From assembly GCF_023055435.1 (NCBI RefSeq), contig NW_025963802.1, positions 30,256,001 to 30,320,000 of the forward strand: a DNA stretch of 64,000 bases, written 5' to 3'. The notes under the pieces were generated by a model. The model worked only from the letters and a program-made list of their open reading frames with translations, was not told where the DNA came from and ran no database searches. This document shows positions 14,182 to 26,292 of this stretch, piece by piece (positions within the stretch are counted from its first letter, which is position 1; every line of letters starts with the position of its first letter). Position numbers and translations under genes: made by a program. Source of the DNA: Haliotis rufescens (taxonomy: Eukaryota).

Positions 14182-16913
14182 AATAGAACACGTGAATTTT
14201 ACTGTCAATTTATCTGTGCAGGTACACGTGTCTCGAAAACACACTCAGGTTAAAATGACCCGATGGGGGTTCCGAATAGATTCCCAGCAACATCAACTGG
14301 AAGGCGACTTAATGGCGCGAATGGTCAGACATCGATTTTGCTATTATGAGAATAAAACGAAACAAGAAATACGAGTCTCCGGTTTCTGTGTAAGAATAAC
14401 CATTATGCTTGTGGTTCCTGTATCGCTCAATAAGTCACCAGCAACCTATGCTGGTCATAGGAGGTGGTCAGACTTGGTGACTTGGTGGTGTGCGTGTCAT
14501 CGTGCATCACGACGCCGGGCGTTGCTCACAATATCAAATCACGGGATTGTCTGGTCCAGACTCGATTATGTACAGGCCGTCGCAATATGACTACACAGCA
14601 ATCCGCCAAAACATGGTGCCAGTCCACCCGATCCCCATTCTACGTACTGGCGTACTGGGAACAGGGGAAACTCAGACTGGCGGTAGGTTAATGTAATCTA
14701 TCAGCCGAGTGGAGTTCACCTCGCATCCAACGTGATGAAGATGACTAAGTCATCCTTTGTCATCAACATGTATGGGTATCTTAAAAAAAACCTGTATACT
14801 TCTAATAATGACCCGGGTTCGATTCCCCACATGGGTACAATGTGCAAAGCCCATTTCTGGTGTCCCCCGCTCTGACATTGCTGGAATATGGCTAAAAGCG
14901 GCGTCAAATCATACTCACTCACTCTAATAATGAATCATGTTAGAGATATCGATGTTACTGAGTGACAGTGTTGAATGCATGACAAAAACATTTATCACTA
15001 TCTATCTATCAAGGTCCGTCAGGTCAAAATTGTTGGACAAAATGGCGGATTCGGTATCACTTTGGACTTTCTGATTGGTTAATCATATTGCTTGATTGAC
15101 ATGTGACGAGATAATTGTGAGGACTGATACAGTCATGCGTGTATACCCCATATTGGCTGGACACAGTAATGTTGACGTCATTAAATCCTGCTCGTTACAG
15201 CAGTGACTCGTGTAACCTTTAAACAAGTACTTGATATGTACGAGTGATGAATGTGACGTTACTGATTACAGTTGGTGTATTTACTGTAAACTATTTACTT
15301 TTGGTAATTGTGTACACGAAACACGACCTCCCATGAGGTTCCTGTTGTTGCACGAACGTGTTCATGTCACGGCAGAATGTATTTGGAGAGACATGGTCAT
15401 GTTGTAAAGTTGTCAGGCACCACAACCGCTAATCGAGCGACATTACTGATTATGTTGTGAGTGTACATGTTTTGGAGAACAACCTACACCACGGGGAATT
15501 ACGGAATATATGTCCCGCTGACATAAACGTACAAGGTTATTTTCAAGAGGGATTCATCCCTAAATCCAAGTGTCGAGTGGTTTTTTTTCATATTACATCC
15601 TGTGTGTTCATAGATGCTCCGCACCTTCATGGTGTAAAGACGCGTGTTTAGCACAAGGTGAAGATTCTAAGTTATGTAAGGCCACATAGATAAAGATCGT
15701 GTTTCTCGTCTCTTAAAAGAGACACGTAGTTGCTAAGTTGCAATTGCTGAGTGCGGAATTAACTAAAACATCCAAAACAATAATTTCACATAATGTTCCA
15801 GTTAGCCAACTCAGTATGACAATGTGCTGCTCTCTTTCTGATACATTACTGAAAGGTTCAAGGGCCATGGGATAGATATTGGTTAAAGTATTAGCTCGTC
15901 ATGCCGAATACCCGGGTTCGAATCCCAACATGGATACAATGTCTAAAGCCCATTCTTGATTTCATCGACACGTGGCTTGAATATGGCATAAACTCAATCC
16001 AATTAAATAAAACAAGAGTCACACATCCAGATTTTTTATTTCCTTACAATATGTCGGCGCGCGAATATAATTTATTTTTATATAAAAAAATATCTCTTCA
16101 TTTCTTGTATCATGTTTACATCAACACGTTGACGGATGTCGCCTCAGTACCCTTTCGTTATCTTCCTCGGACACCTGTCGAAGACCAGCTGAAGAATAGA
16201 TGTATGTACATGTACGTTTAGGAGTGAATGATGAAACAATACAACACCACAATGTCATTACTTTGCCTACGTCAGATGGTGATGCGGGTATTCTTTTTTA
16301 TAACTTGTGGTTAAACGTTAAATAAAAGTCTAACAAGTAAAAACGTTAAATAAATTTATATACACACTAAACTTCTTATTTAAACGAATCATAATCAACA
16401 TTATATTAAAACATTAATAACTGCATGTTAAAGATATAACATTCATCACATAAGTATAGCTTCGTTGTTCACCACAGTTCTGTTAAAATAAACACCATAA
16501 CACTCGTCTGGTTTGACGAGTGTGAAATGAAATTTAACTGGAAGCACTCGTACAATCTCCAACAGCAGTCGTTGCGGATTCTGTGAAGAAATACGCACAG
16601 AATGTTTGTCGTACTGACAAGGATCGAGTGGTTACACTATATACCGTGTATTATGAGGGGCCCGGGGCAGCTGGTTTGCCTGACTGACCAGGCTCTGAGA
16701 CGTAGCTGATAGTGCATCATTGTACCGCGACGATGTGGGACGTTGACATGATATCGAGAATTGGTTTGTCTGACTTGATTTGTCGCCTTGTTACAGCTGA
16801 AACGTTGCTGGTAGTGGCGTAAAACAACACTCACTCACTAACTCCTCAAAGCTGAGGGTTACTGAGTAGCATGCAAGGTCCGTGGTAACATGGTTTTAGG
16901 TGAATAGTTTTCA

Positions 16914-19900
16914 TTATTTTGTGTCAGTTATTACCGAATCAATTTCCCCATAGTAATCATCCAGGTAGCCAAGTGCACTTGCTCCGGCCCCAATGTAGAG
17001 GGGTTCATTGCTCACTGCAGGTATCCGCCCATAGGCTGTGGAATAGCAATCAATGTGTTTAAAGTAATGTTGGGGCGGTGGGGTAGCCTAGTGGTTAAAG
17101 TATTCGCTTGTCACGCCAAATACCCGGGTTCGATTCCCCACGTGGGTACAATCAGTGAAGCCCATTTTCTGGTGTCCCCCATATTGCTGGAATAGTGCTA
17201 AAGTGGCGTAGAAGAATACTCACTCACTCAAAGTCATGTTCCATTTGATGAACAACAAAAATTATATTAAACTCACGATAATACAACAAATCTATAAAAA
17301 AATTAATGCATACTGATAATAATGTCAAAATATACATTTCAGGACAATGTTTTGGGGTAAACAAAATATATATTATTTCCAGGACGCATGTTAAAAAATA
17401 ATATATTCCAGCATAATATTATTTTTCTATTCACCAGAAAAATAATTTCTAGGGACTTAATTAAAAATTCATTGCTATTTGACACTTCTTGATTTACAAT
17501 AAAACTGCATAATTCATGAGGGTTGTGAATTTAAATGTGAAGGTCTCCGTGCAGCCCAAACCCTCTTCAAAAGCCTTCCACCTTACAGCCCGAGGCACTC
17601 TCACCGTACACCGCCCTATCTCCGACCGTCAGCTTCACCGTGACATCGTCTTGCTCCACCGAGACGTACGTAAACGATCCCTGTAATATATGTACATAAA
17701 ATATCACAGCTGTCGCCGATCGTTTAATGCTTTGAACAACTACTACATTGTCGATTTACAAGAATCTCGGGGTAACGTAAATGCACATTTGTTGGTGAAA
17801 ACATGTTAACATGGGGTAAGACTTGCGTTATAGTGCTGGGCTAATGTTGCTGTAGAAATGTAACCAGCAATCAAATGCATTGTAACATCCAGACATCGCC
17901 GAGATCGATTGATAGTCCCTTTCGGAATAATGACGCAACCATTACAGCTCCACTTTTATTGATTGCTGGCTCTCGGTGAATATTGATATGGCTCTAAAAG
18001 GGTTGCAGTTAGGTGCATAGGTTGCACTGTATTTTGTCGCTTCAACTAAGGCCATGTATTATGTAGACACCTTACCTTGACTCTTTCTCACCGGGAGCTT
18101 ATGTTCAAATAACCTGGGCCCTGTTTCATGAGGCGTCTTAGCTCTATGACGAGCGTAACTTTCAATCTTTATTGCTGTTTCTCGACACGTTTTTTTCTCA
18201 CTGCCTTCACAGTGCAATCAAGCAACTACTGAGGTCAGAGGTCATGACTTCCAACCCTCGCTCATCCCCTCGAATTCAATGTTATGAATAAGCCCGCAGT
18301 GTGTACCGTTTTAGCGCGTATAGTCGTAATTATGCACGTAGCTTTGTGGAAGGATCTCAGATCACCGGACTTTCTCTCTATGAATGGGAACAAAAAAACT
18401 ATTTCAAGCGATAAATTCTTCAGCAATCATGCACCGCAAATAATTAAGGCAAGGAAAGATAACTCTTTGGTAAAGATCCGGACAAACCGAACTGTTGTTA
18501 ATACCGGACTGTTTACCGGACAGAACCAACTATTGACCGTACTGAAATCCTTTACACTTTTGAAATGACCCACACGATTATTAGTATAAGATGGTCCAAA
18601 TGGTATTGTGATTCTGCCATTTCATGAACTTACCTGATTGATCGGGAGAGATAAAACCACAGGTTTCCTAGTCTGTTTATATCTATATTCCTTCCCGTAT
18701 CGTGGTATTATAACCAGTTGTATTTTGTTCCCAATCAAAGCCAGACTGAAGGTACTTGATGTCCGAGAGAAGCTGTTGCTGACGATAGCTTGGTTTGATG
18801 ACCCTGAAGACTTTGCTTTCACCAGTAGAGTGAGGCGGTATGCAGGTCGGAGGTCATTTCCGGTGAAGAATGGAATGAAAAGATGTCCCCCCTGAAAGGC
18901 TGCAGCTCCGTCATGAGTAAACACATTTCCTTCCCTCCCCATCCATATCCTGTTGTAACGCTCAGTAAACGGGCGGTTTCCTTCGAAGTCAAAAGAGAAT
19001 TCCGGTTGACACTTCTTTGCTGAAAAAAAGAAGTTTAATTAAGAGTCATGTCAACATCTAAAGTTGACGAATGGACAAATTTACAAAAATAAAATCTTAT
19101 TACCCAATATTGTGAATTTACGCATTTGCTTTATCTAACTGACCAAGGGAACTGACGCATGGGTGTTCCAGCTATCTAAGTCCTCGTACTTTGCTTTGCA
19201 GGAGTTGCGTGTCTCAGTTGCCAAAATTGTTGATCGTGGGTTCCAATGCTACATGTTAGCAACGCGTATTAGCTTAGGTGTGTCAGCACAATGCCAGTGA
19301 GTTTCTCCATACACGTACATTGTTACGACCTGATTCATTTCGGGCTTTCCTTTCCTTTCCTCATTAAGCTGACACGCCGTGATACAACTGGAATACTGTA
19401 AAAAGCGGCGTTAAACCAAACTCACTCACTTCACACCAACCTGGTACACCGTTGCATGAATGGCTTTTGATTTGATTGGCTTAGCCAGCAACTGTTTTTG
19501 AGTTTTTTCCATAAATCGAAAAATCAGGCCACGCCCACAAATGGACTACTTTAATTGGCTGATAATAGTGTGGGTGGAGCTTGGGTTGCATTATTGTACT
19601 GGACGATGTCACTGATTTTTTATTGTTTTTCTACAGAATTTTTGTTTTGTGTTAATGATAAAATATAAAGTCTGTGTTATTATTGTTGACTTATTTATTT
19701 ATAAGAATTGATTTCAATATCTTTTTCCATGTGGCGTTATGAACACAAAATAAGGTCCACACTGAGGTATGAATGACGTCAACAATCCGAGGTGGGTGTG
19801 AAATTTGGTAAGAAATTTTGTCTATTTACAAATTTTGATGACTACTAAAATATATATATACTTACCTACATGCTCCTTGAGTAATACACGGGGGGACGCA

Positions 19901-20340
19901 AGGTGTGGGTAAGGGCTTGACTGCGTCTGGCTGTTGTCATAGTAACCCAGCTTAACAGGAGAAGTATCATAACTCTGACTGTCACCGCCGTAAGGATTGC
20001 CGTTGTCATGGTAATCCTTGCCACCACCCAACCCTCCAATTTTACTGTCTGTGTTTTGGTTGGCAAGGTCGTTTTCGTCGTCGTTAAAGCCGTTGTCAAG
20101 GTCGATGTCGTTGAAGAAATCGTCGCTAGGAAACAGACTCAAGGGCCATTCTAGATCACCACGACTGGGAAATATGGAGTTTTCGTCGGTGGTGTCATCG
20201 CCTTTCGGTGAAGGGGACTGTGGGTCGCCGAAAATAAAATCGAGATTGTAAGAGTCCTCGTCGTTGGCATTGAACGGGAAGGCAGATACACAGAAGGATA
20301 GATAGAGTGTGAATATAGCGGCGATGCATGTGTCTGCCAT
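16914..20340 (-). CDS. Secreted acidic (Asp-rich) protein with C-terminal laminin G3/concanavalin A-like domain (Pif/BMSP C-terminal-like), ~355 aa
   Basis: Coding exons 20340-19866, 19019-18634, 17680-17587 (alternative donor 17605), 17035-16935/16914. All are GT-AG with phases 1/0/1. Signal peptide MADTCIAAIFTLYLSFCVSA. LamG3-like motifs FSFDFE, DGAAAFQGGHLFIPFF, QAIVSN, PLYIGAG...YYGEIDSV. The 3' end is uncertain: read-through TAA at 16916-16914, or a further exon near 16580. Confidence 0.75.
17072..17230 (+). mobile_element. tRNA-derived SINE family 2 copy
   Basis: A/B boxes, (ACTC)n tail, TSD AAAGT(A/C)ATGTT. Confidence 0.85.
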
Positions 20341-20797
20341 TGTGATCACCAGCTAGTCCTGGAAAGAGATAATGCAACTCAGTCACTGGTTGATACATAA
20401 CGTATCTGCTCGTTGTTTGTTATTTAACGCGGCAGTCAGAAATAATTCAATTACATCAAGGCGGCTTGGACATAGTTGAGTCATGGCCAGGAAAATCAGA
20501 CAAATTTGATATACATGGTATCTTAAAGTCACTGTATTAATTTCCAGCTACAGATATGACAACCATTTGGTGATATCCAAAGTTCGTGATCCATAATCAA
20601 CAAAACCATTGGCGACCTCGGCTCGGGAATAAATCGCGTTTGTTTCCCCCGGGGTTGCGGCACCTTGGACGACTGGACCACCCGCATAGTCCAGGCAGGT
20701 CCAGACTCGATTATCTACAGACAGCTGTCAAATAACTGGAATATTGCTGAGTGCGGCGTTAAACAACGAACCACAACAACTGAACATAACCACGTGC

Positions 20798-20800
<3 letters not shown>

Positions 20801-20847
<47 letters not shown>
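20801..20847. repeat. (CA)n microsatellite
   Basis: Direct reading. Others: 33058-33090 (CA)n, 37395-37474 (CA/CACG)n, 30303-30353 (GCACTGCGCT)n, 35690-35776 (GAY/TAT)n, 59647-59700 (ATA/GAT)n. Confidence 0.95.
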
Positions 20848-20849
<2 letters not shown>

Positions 20850-20863
20850 CAATATCAACCTAC

Positions 20864-20972
20864 CTGAACTGTCAATTGATGAACCGCAATAGAAAGGCAA
20901 CAAGCGATCCCTTTCTTTTATATCCACCTTAATTGCATGACTCGTTTTGATTGGTTACCATAAATGACGTCA
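20864..20972 (-). promoter_or_regulatory. Promoter and non-coding first exon of the acidic LamG3 gene
   Basis: On the minus strand: palindromic CRE TGACGTCA at 20965-20972, CCAAT at ~20950-20954, TATAAAA at 20922-20916, then a short exon ending CAG|GTAGGT at 20864 that splices to the acceptor at 20358. Confidence 0.65.
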
Positions 20973-22392
20973 TCAAGAGGTTTTAAACATTTGAACTTCC
21001 AGGCATGGTTGAAGGAATGCTCCAATGAAATAAATAATATATGGGATAATGTATACTGTCTTCCTCAACCCAATCCTTTCTATTAATGCCTCCTTAAGAT
21101 TCACGTAAACGTCATTGAGTGCTTGTTTTAGGGTGAAGGTCAGTGGGACATGACGTGTCCAAGTGAGGATCGGTATTCGATTTTGTGAAAGTTATATGTC
21201 CTTTCATTTGGTTTTACTGAACTACAAATTATGCAAAATTATGATAGTTTCATGAACCGGACATATTTGGTGTGTTCACCATTAATAAAAAAGGATATTG
21301 TCTGACATAAACGGAATATTTAAGTTGAAATGATGACGGACAGTATCTGAATTACACTTCACACACATTAATAGCGTGCCAAAGTGGATAATATGAACGG
21401 CAGTGAAATTACTAAAAATATATTTAACTATATGTCAACAAGTAAATAATCAGGTATGTTTTGCACAGAGGTCATGGTCATTATCATCGTTAGGCTTTTC
21501 CACCCTCCATCTGGATCTTTTCCTAATCGTCATGATGACGGTGGTTTAATCCGATAACAGAGCTATGAATAACAAAGATAATTTACTAAAAAAAACTACC
21601 ACACGTTCCATATTGTCATTTTATCGCGTAACTTTAAAATTCCAGAATTTCGTTGATAGAGTAAAATAGGATTTGGTTTTGTTTATTATAAATTCAAATA
21701 TTGGAGTTAGTTTTTCACATTCAAGTCAGATATGCTTTAGAAGGTTATAATATCACTCAATGTCGAATGAGTGAGTGAGTGTTCTTTAACGCAACTTCCA
21801 GCATTATTCAGGCTTTATCACAGCTGGATAAGAGACTCCACCGATATGTTGCTCCTAATTGTAATAAAGTAGTTCATCTTTAATCTTATCATTATTTAAT
21901 ACTCCAACTTCTTAATGCCTCTCAAAGAACTTAATACTTCGATATTTTCTGAATGCATGTACATGTACAGTAGACAATATATAACAATATTCTGTAATCA
22001 TTATACCATCAAATTTACCATGAATAATCCAATTAGTGTCGATGTCAGGAGATCTTTTAAGCCAGGAATATATCTGGATAGCTGGATAATATAAGATTAT
22101 AAATGTCTAAGTTATTATCATATTCTATATTGCATTTCAGATTTTATCAAAGAAGGTAAGAAAAAGAAGATCGCGCATAAATTAAAATTCATTATACGTG
22201 GCTTTTAGGAAGGGCGGTTTCTGTAAGTGTGTCAAGTGTTCACGGAAGTACATGGATCAAGTAAGCTGCATTAATGCTGGAATGATAAAACTTGCGCATT
22301 TCAAACTTTATACACACCAGACACACTGTCAGAACGCTAAAAGTCTTGTGAATAAAGAGTCCTTGGACAGTGCCAGCATTGATACTGCCATT

Positions 22393-22562
22393 GGGCGGTC
22401 GGGTAGCCTAGTGGTTAAAACGTTGGCTCGTCACGCCAAAGACCCGGGTTCGATTCCCGACATGGGTACAATGTGTGAAGCCCATTTCTTGTGTCCCCCG
22501 CCGTGATATTGCTGGACTATTGCTAAAAGCGGCGTAAAACCGTACTCACTCACTCACTCACT
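22393..22562 (+). mobile_element. tRNA-derived SINE family 2 (~165 bp, (ACTC)n tail)
   Basis: A box TAGCCTAGTGG, B box GGTTCGATTCC, TSD TGATACTGCCAT. Other copies at 1261-1420(-), 8606-8764, 11145-11275 (TSD CTGTAATTATG), 14810-14923 (TSD TCTAATAATGA), 17072-17230, 52898-53058(-). Confidence 0.88.
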
Positions 22563-23402
22563 GATACTGCCATAACGTTAAGCAATGATGAATGAGCGCA
22601 TGGACGGGATGGCGTCCGGTGGTTGTGCTGATCGATGTGAGCTTGAACATAGCTCAAAACTGACACATGTAATAGGTCGCCTGGATGGACGAATGAGATG
22701 CAGAATAATCACACAGGAATGGGGAGGATTAGATCAGCCAGGGAGGATTAGGTTTCAATACTTGCTGGTTCTTCTCTCGGGAGATGAACATTCAGGCAAG
22801 CAAAAGCCCAGACCAATATCTGTCTTGGGTTATCGATGAACATGCTCTAAATGTCGAAACGTACAAGAAAACTGAAAAACAAAAATGACGTAGTTCATTT
22901 ACAATATGTTTGTTTTGAATATATTCTTTTTGTCCCAACTAATATTTTAATTATCTTCGGAATTTAACGTCAGTACTATTTTGTTTAACGTCAAATCGAG
23001 GAGATTTCCTAAAACAATAATATATTTTGGTGCAGCCATAATTGTTAAACATGGTAGAAGTTTGGTTTCTGTAGTTTGAAAGTTTTTGTTTTCGGAGGTG
23101 CAAATACAAAAAGTAATTCCAACAATATCCGTGTTAAACAGTTTTTATTACGTAGGACGAAGGTATCGATATTTGTTTTCAGTCCAGTTGCCAAATTCTG
23201 GATATCTGTAACTTCGTTGCCAGATTGATGACAATATGCGTCTTTTAGTTGTATTCTATGCCGATGATACTGTTACCATTACTGATAAACTTAAGTTTAC
23301 ATGTCTATGTGCTATAGTCATATTATTGACATACCTATAAGCGAGAGGGACGGGATAAAACCTAGATAAAACCATAGTGAGTGAAGCGTGTAGACTGGCT
23401 AT

Positions 23403-23578
23403 GTCAGTACATCAGTATATTGATTGTTGGTCAGTACATCAGTACATTGATTGTTGGTCAGTACATGAGGATATTGATTGTTGGTCAGTCCATCAGTATA
23501 TTGATTGTTGGTCAGTACATCAGTATATTGATTGTTGGTCAGTACATCAGTATATTGATTGTTGGTCAGTACATCAGT
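23403..23578. repeat. 27-bp minisatellite, ~6.5 copies
   Basis: Unit GTCAGTACATCAGTATATTGATTGTTG. Confidence 0.95.
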
Positions 23579-25298
23579 GATATCGTATCCGAGTAAAATT
23601 TTGGTTCTGATTGAAATGAGATCATTCCAGGGGACGTTATCAAAAGAGGTGACACAATAGAATCAAGTTTACATTTATGGATCTATATACTTATACAAAC
23701 AAACAAGACAAACAAAATATTGTTGGAAGCATGCTTACTATGTCGTATACGTGTATTGGTGATGCACGTGCTTAACATGAAGTTCTTGAGTGTGACCAGA
23801 TGGCAATGTACTTACATTCATAGTTGTGTGTACATCGTAATCCGTTTGGTGGGGCCGAATGTAAACAATAACAGAACTGTTTTAAAAGGAGTTGGTATTT
23901 TTTCTTCTTTAAAAGCGAAAATTTAGTGAGAAATAGGAAACAAAAATCTGTATCCATACCCGGTAATGCGCCAGTCAGTCATATGTATTATATTAATCAA
24001 TGACGTACGCTTGTGTATTGATTGAAATCTCGATTCCATATTGAATGAGATTTTGCACCGTTTTCAGCATCATTCCAGCCACAACAACAGAAGACAGAGA
24101 AATACGAAACCTTGCTTAATATTGTTTGTTGTTTAACGCAGCACTCCACAATAATCCAACTATTCTCACAATTCATCAATGTGACAAACATGGTTCGTGC
24201 AGTGAAAACGCGTTAATCACCACGTAAACACATTAGCAGGTGTATTCCAGAAGGTCATAGTAGTGAGTGAGTGAGTGAGTTGGGTTTCACGCTGCTTTGA
24301 ACAATATTCCAGTTATATCACGGCGTCTCAGCTTAATGTTGGAGGAAAGCCTGAAGTGGTGCAGGTCTTAGACGTTAACCACCTTGTTAAACCCACGTTC
24401 ACGACTGAGAGAACCAGAAACATAATCGGAGCGAACTGGGATTCGAACCCAGAGTTATGACCTTTAAGTAAATGGTCCATATATGAGGTAATGCAGTCCA
24501 GATGTCAAGGAATAAATAATGAAAACATATCCAGTTGTGTGGGCATATTTGGCAGGTCTTTATTTACAGGGAGTAACAATGACGTAACCTGAAAAGCAAC
24601 ATGTCATTGTACATGTAGACAAAGTTAATCACAATATTATAGGAAGCAACTGTATTAAGTACCGGGTGTTATATGTAATTAAGTTTTATATACACTCAAA
24701 GTAACTAGCTACACTGGCATGGAGTTGTACTTTAGAGAGGATTATATTGTACAGTTCGTATTTACTTTACATGTACACGTTTATTAACGGAGGAGATGGA
24801 GATCCAAAGTGCACCGCTCTGTAGAGATTTGTGAACGGCAATCTGTGGCTGGGTAATTTTGTGTAGATGTGTACTGTTTCAATTAAGTCTGGGTTGAGAA
24901 AGGAATCTGCAACTACATGACTTCCACCATGTTTCAGATGTTCCAAATTATGTCAAAAAAAGCCATCAGCAATATTTTGTCCATTATTATTTTATTTTTG
25001 AAAGTTTTAAAACAAATTATATTTTAAAAAATACACCTAGAAGTATTCTTTGAGTGCTGATTAAGCGCCAGTACAGTTCATGTTTTGGATATAATATCGT
25101 TAACTTAAGACATTTTCAATTGAAATTCTATTGTTTCATTACATCCAAGTCAAGCAAATGCAATATTAAATTCTCAACAAAGATGTCCATATATGTAGAT
25201 TCATTGAAATGTATTCCAATTCAAATATAATTCATTATCAATTGAAGATGCAATGATGTCTAATATGACGTATGATAAATGATTAAGCTACGGTTCAA

Positions 25299-26292
25299 TT
25301 AATAATGATTTTGTCGAAATAAATAGTGATTGAGATGGTGTGGGCCGACAATACTATTTTTTGGTTTGATTGTATAGACAGCCTCCATTCCAAACTTCAC
25401 GTGATCCCCGAGGTGACAGTGCACCAGCCACGTGCCGGGGTTATCAGTGAACATCTCCACCGTCTCGGTTGTGGAAGGAAATACCTCTATGACGTCATTG
25501 CGGTGAGCCTTGTCCGTGCGGTGTATAAACGTCTGACCGTGAAAGTGGACAGGATGAATGTCAGCAGAACTGCCGAGACCAAGAATGTGCCAGGCAACAG
25601 ACTCTCCTTCCTTCATGGTTAATCCACGAACATTCCCGTATATAAGTCCATTGATGGAATGCATCTGATTGCTGTCTCTAAAATCGGCATCGCCAACGTT
25701 AGTTCTATTTGGTGCGAACGTCGCAGCATTTTCCTGCAAATAATGGCTATCGTTTTCGTTGAATATTACAAAAAGAAGAGCAAATTCGCGATTTATCTTG
25801 TCGGTGCGTTTACCATAAGCATTCAACTGCCCCCGTCTACAGATAACGAGGGGTCCGACCAGTCCACTATTAATATCCTTGGTCGAATCAACGGACGAAT
25901 GATACAACCAGCTGATGCAGTTGGGGTCATTTTTGCCAGGACCGGACCTCTTTGGTACCTCCCAATGGTACACGTATGTCTGACCTGGTGGCACCGCATT
26001 GTCTCCAGTGAAGGTACTGCCATCTTGATACTGTGCTCCTTCGTTGGCCTTGTTGTAAAATAATCCCTCGGGTGTAATCGAGTAGGCTCTAGTGGCCAGG
26101 TTCCTGAAGACAACCTCAACGATGTCCCCTACTTCCGCTCGGATAAACGGCCCAAGGGTTCCTAGATGTTCTGTTTCCGGCCCGCGTGGTATTTGTGTTG
26201 TGAAGGTGCTGTCTGTGTATTGACGGTACAAGGCCTTCTTATATTTACTGCCAATGAAATTTGGGCCGCCTTTTATGAACTTGTATCCGTCC
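25299..26292 (-). CDS. MCO-A terminal exon (domains 5-6)
   Basis: HPVHFHG and [12 protein letters not shown] multicopper oxidase signatures; TAA at 25301-25299. Confidence 0.95.

Noticed and set aside
22393-22470. tRNA gene
   Set aside because: The A/B boxes belong to a SINE head (body, tail and TSD present); no complete cloverleaf.
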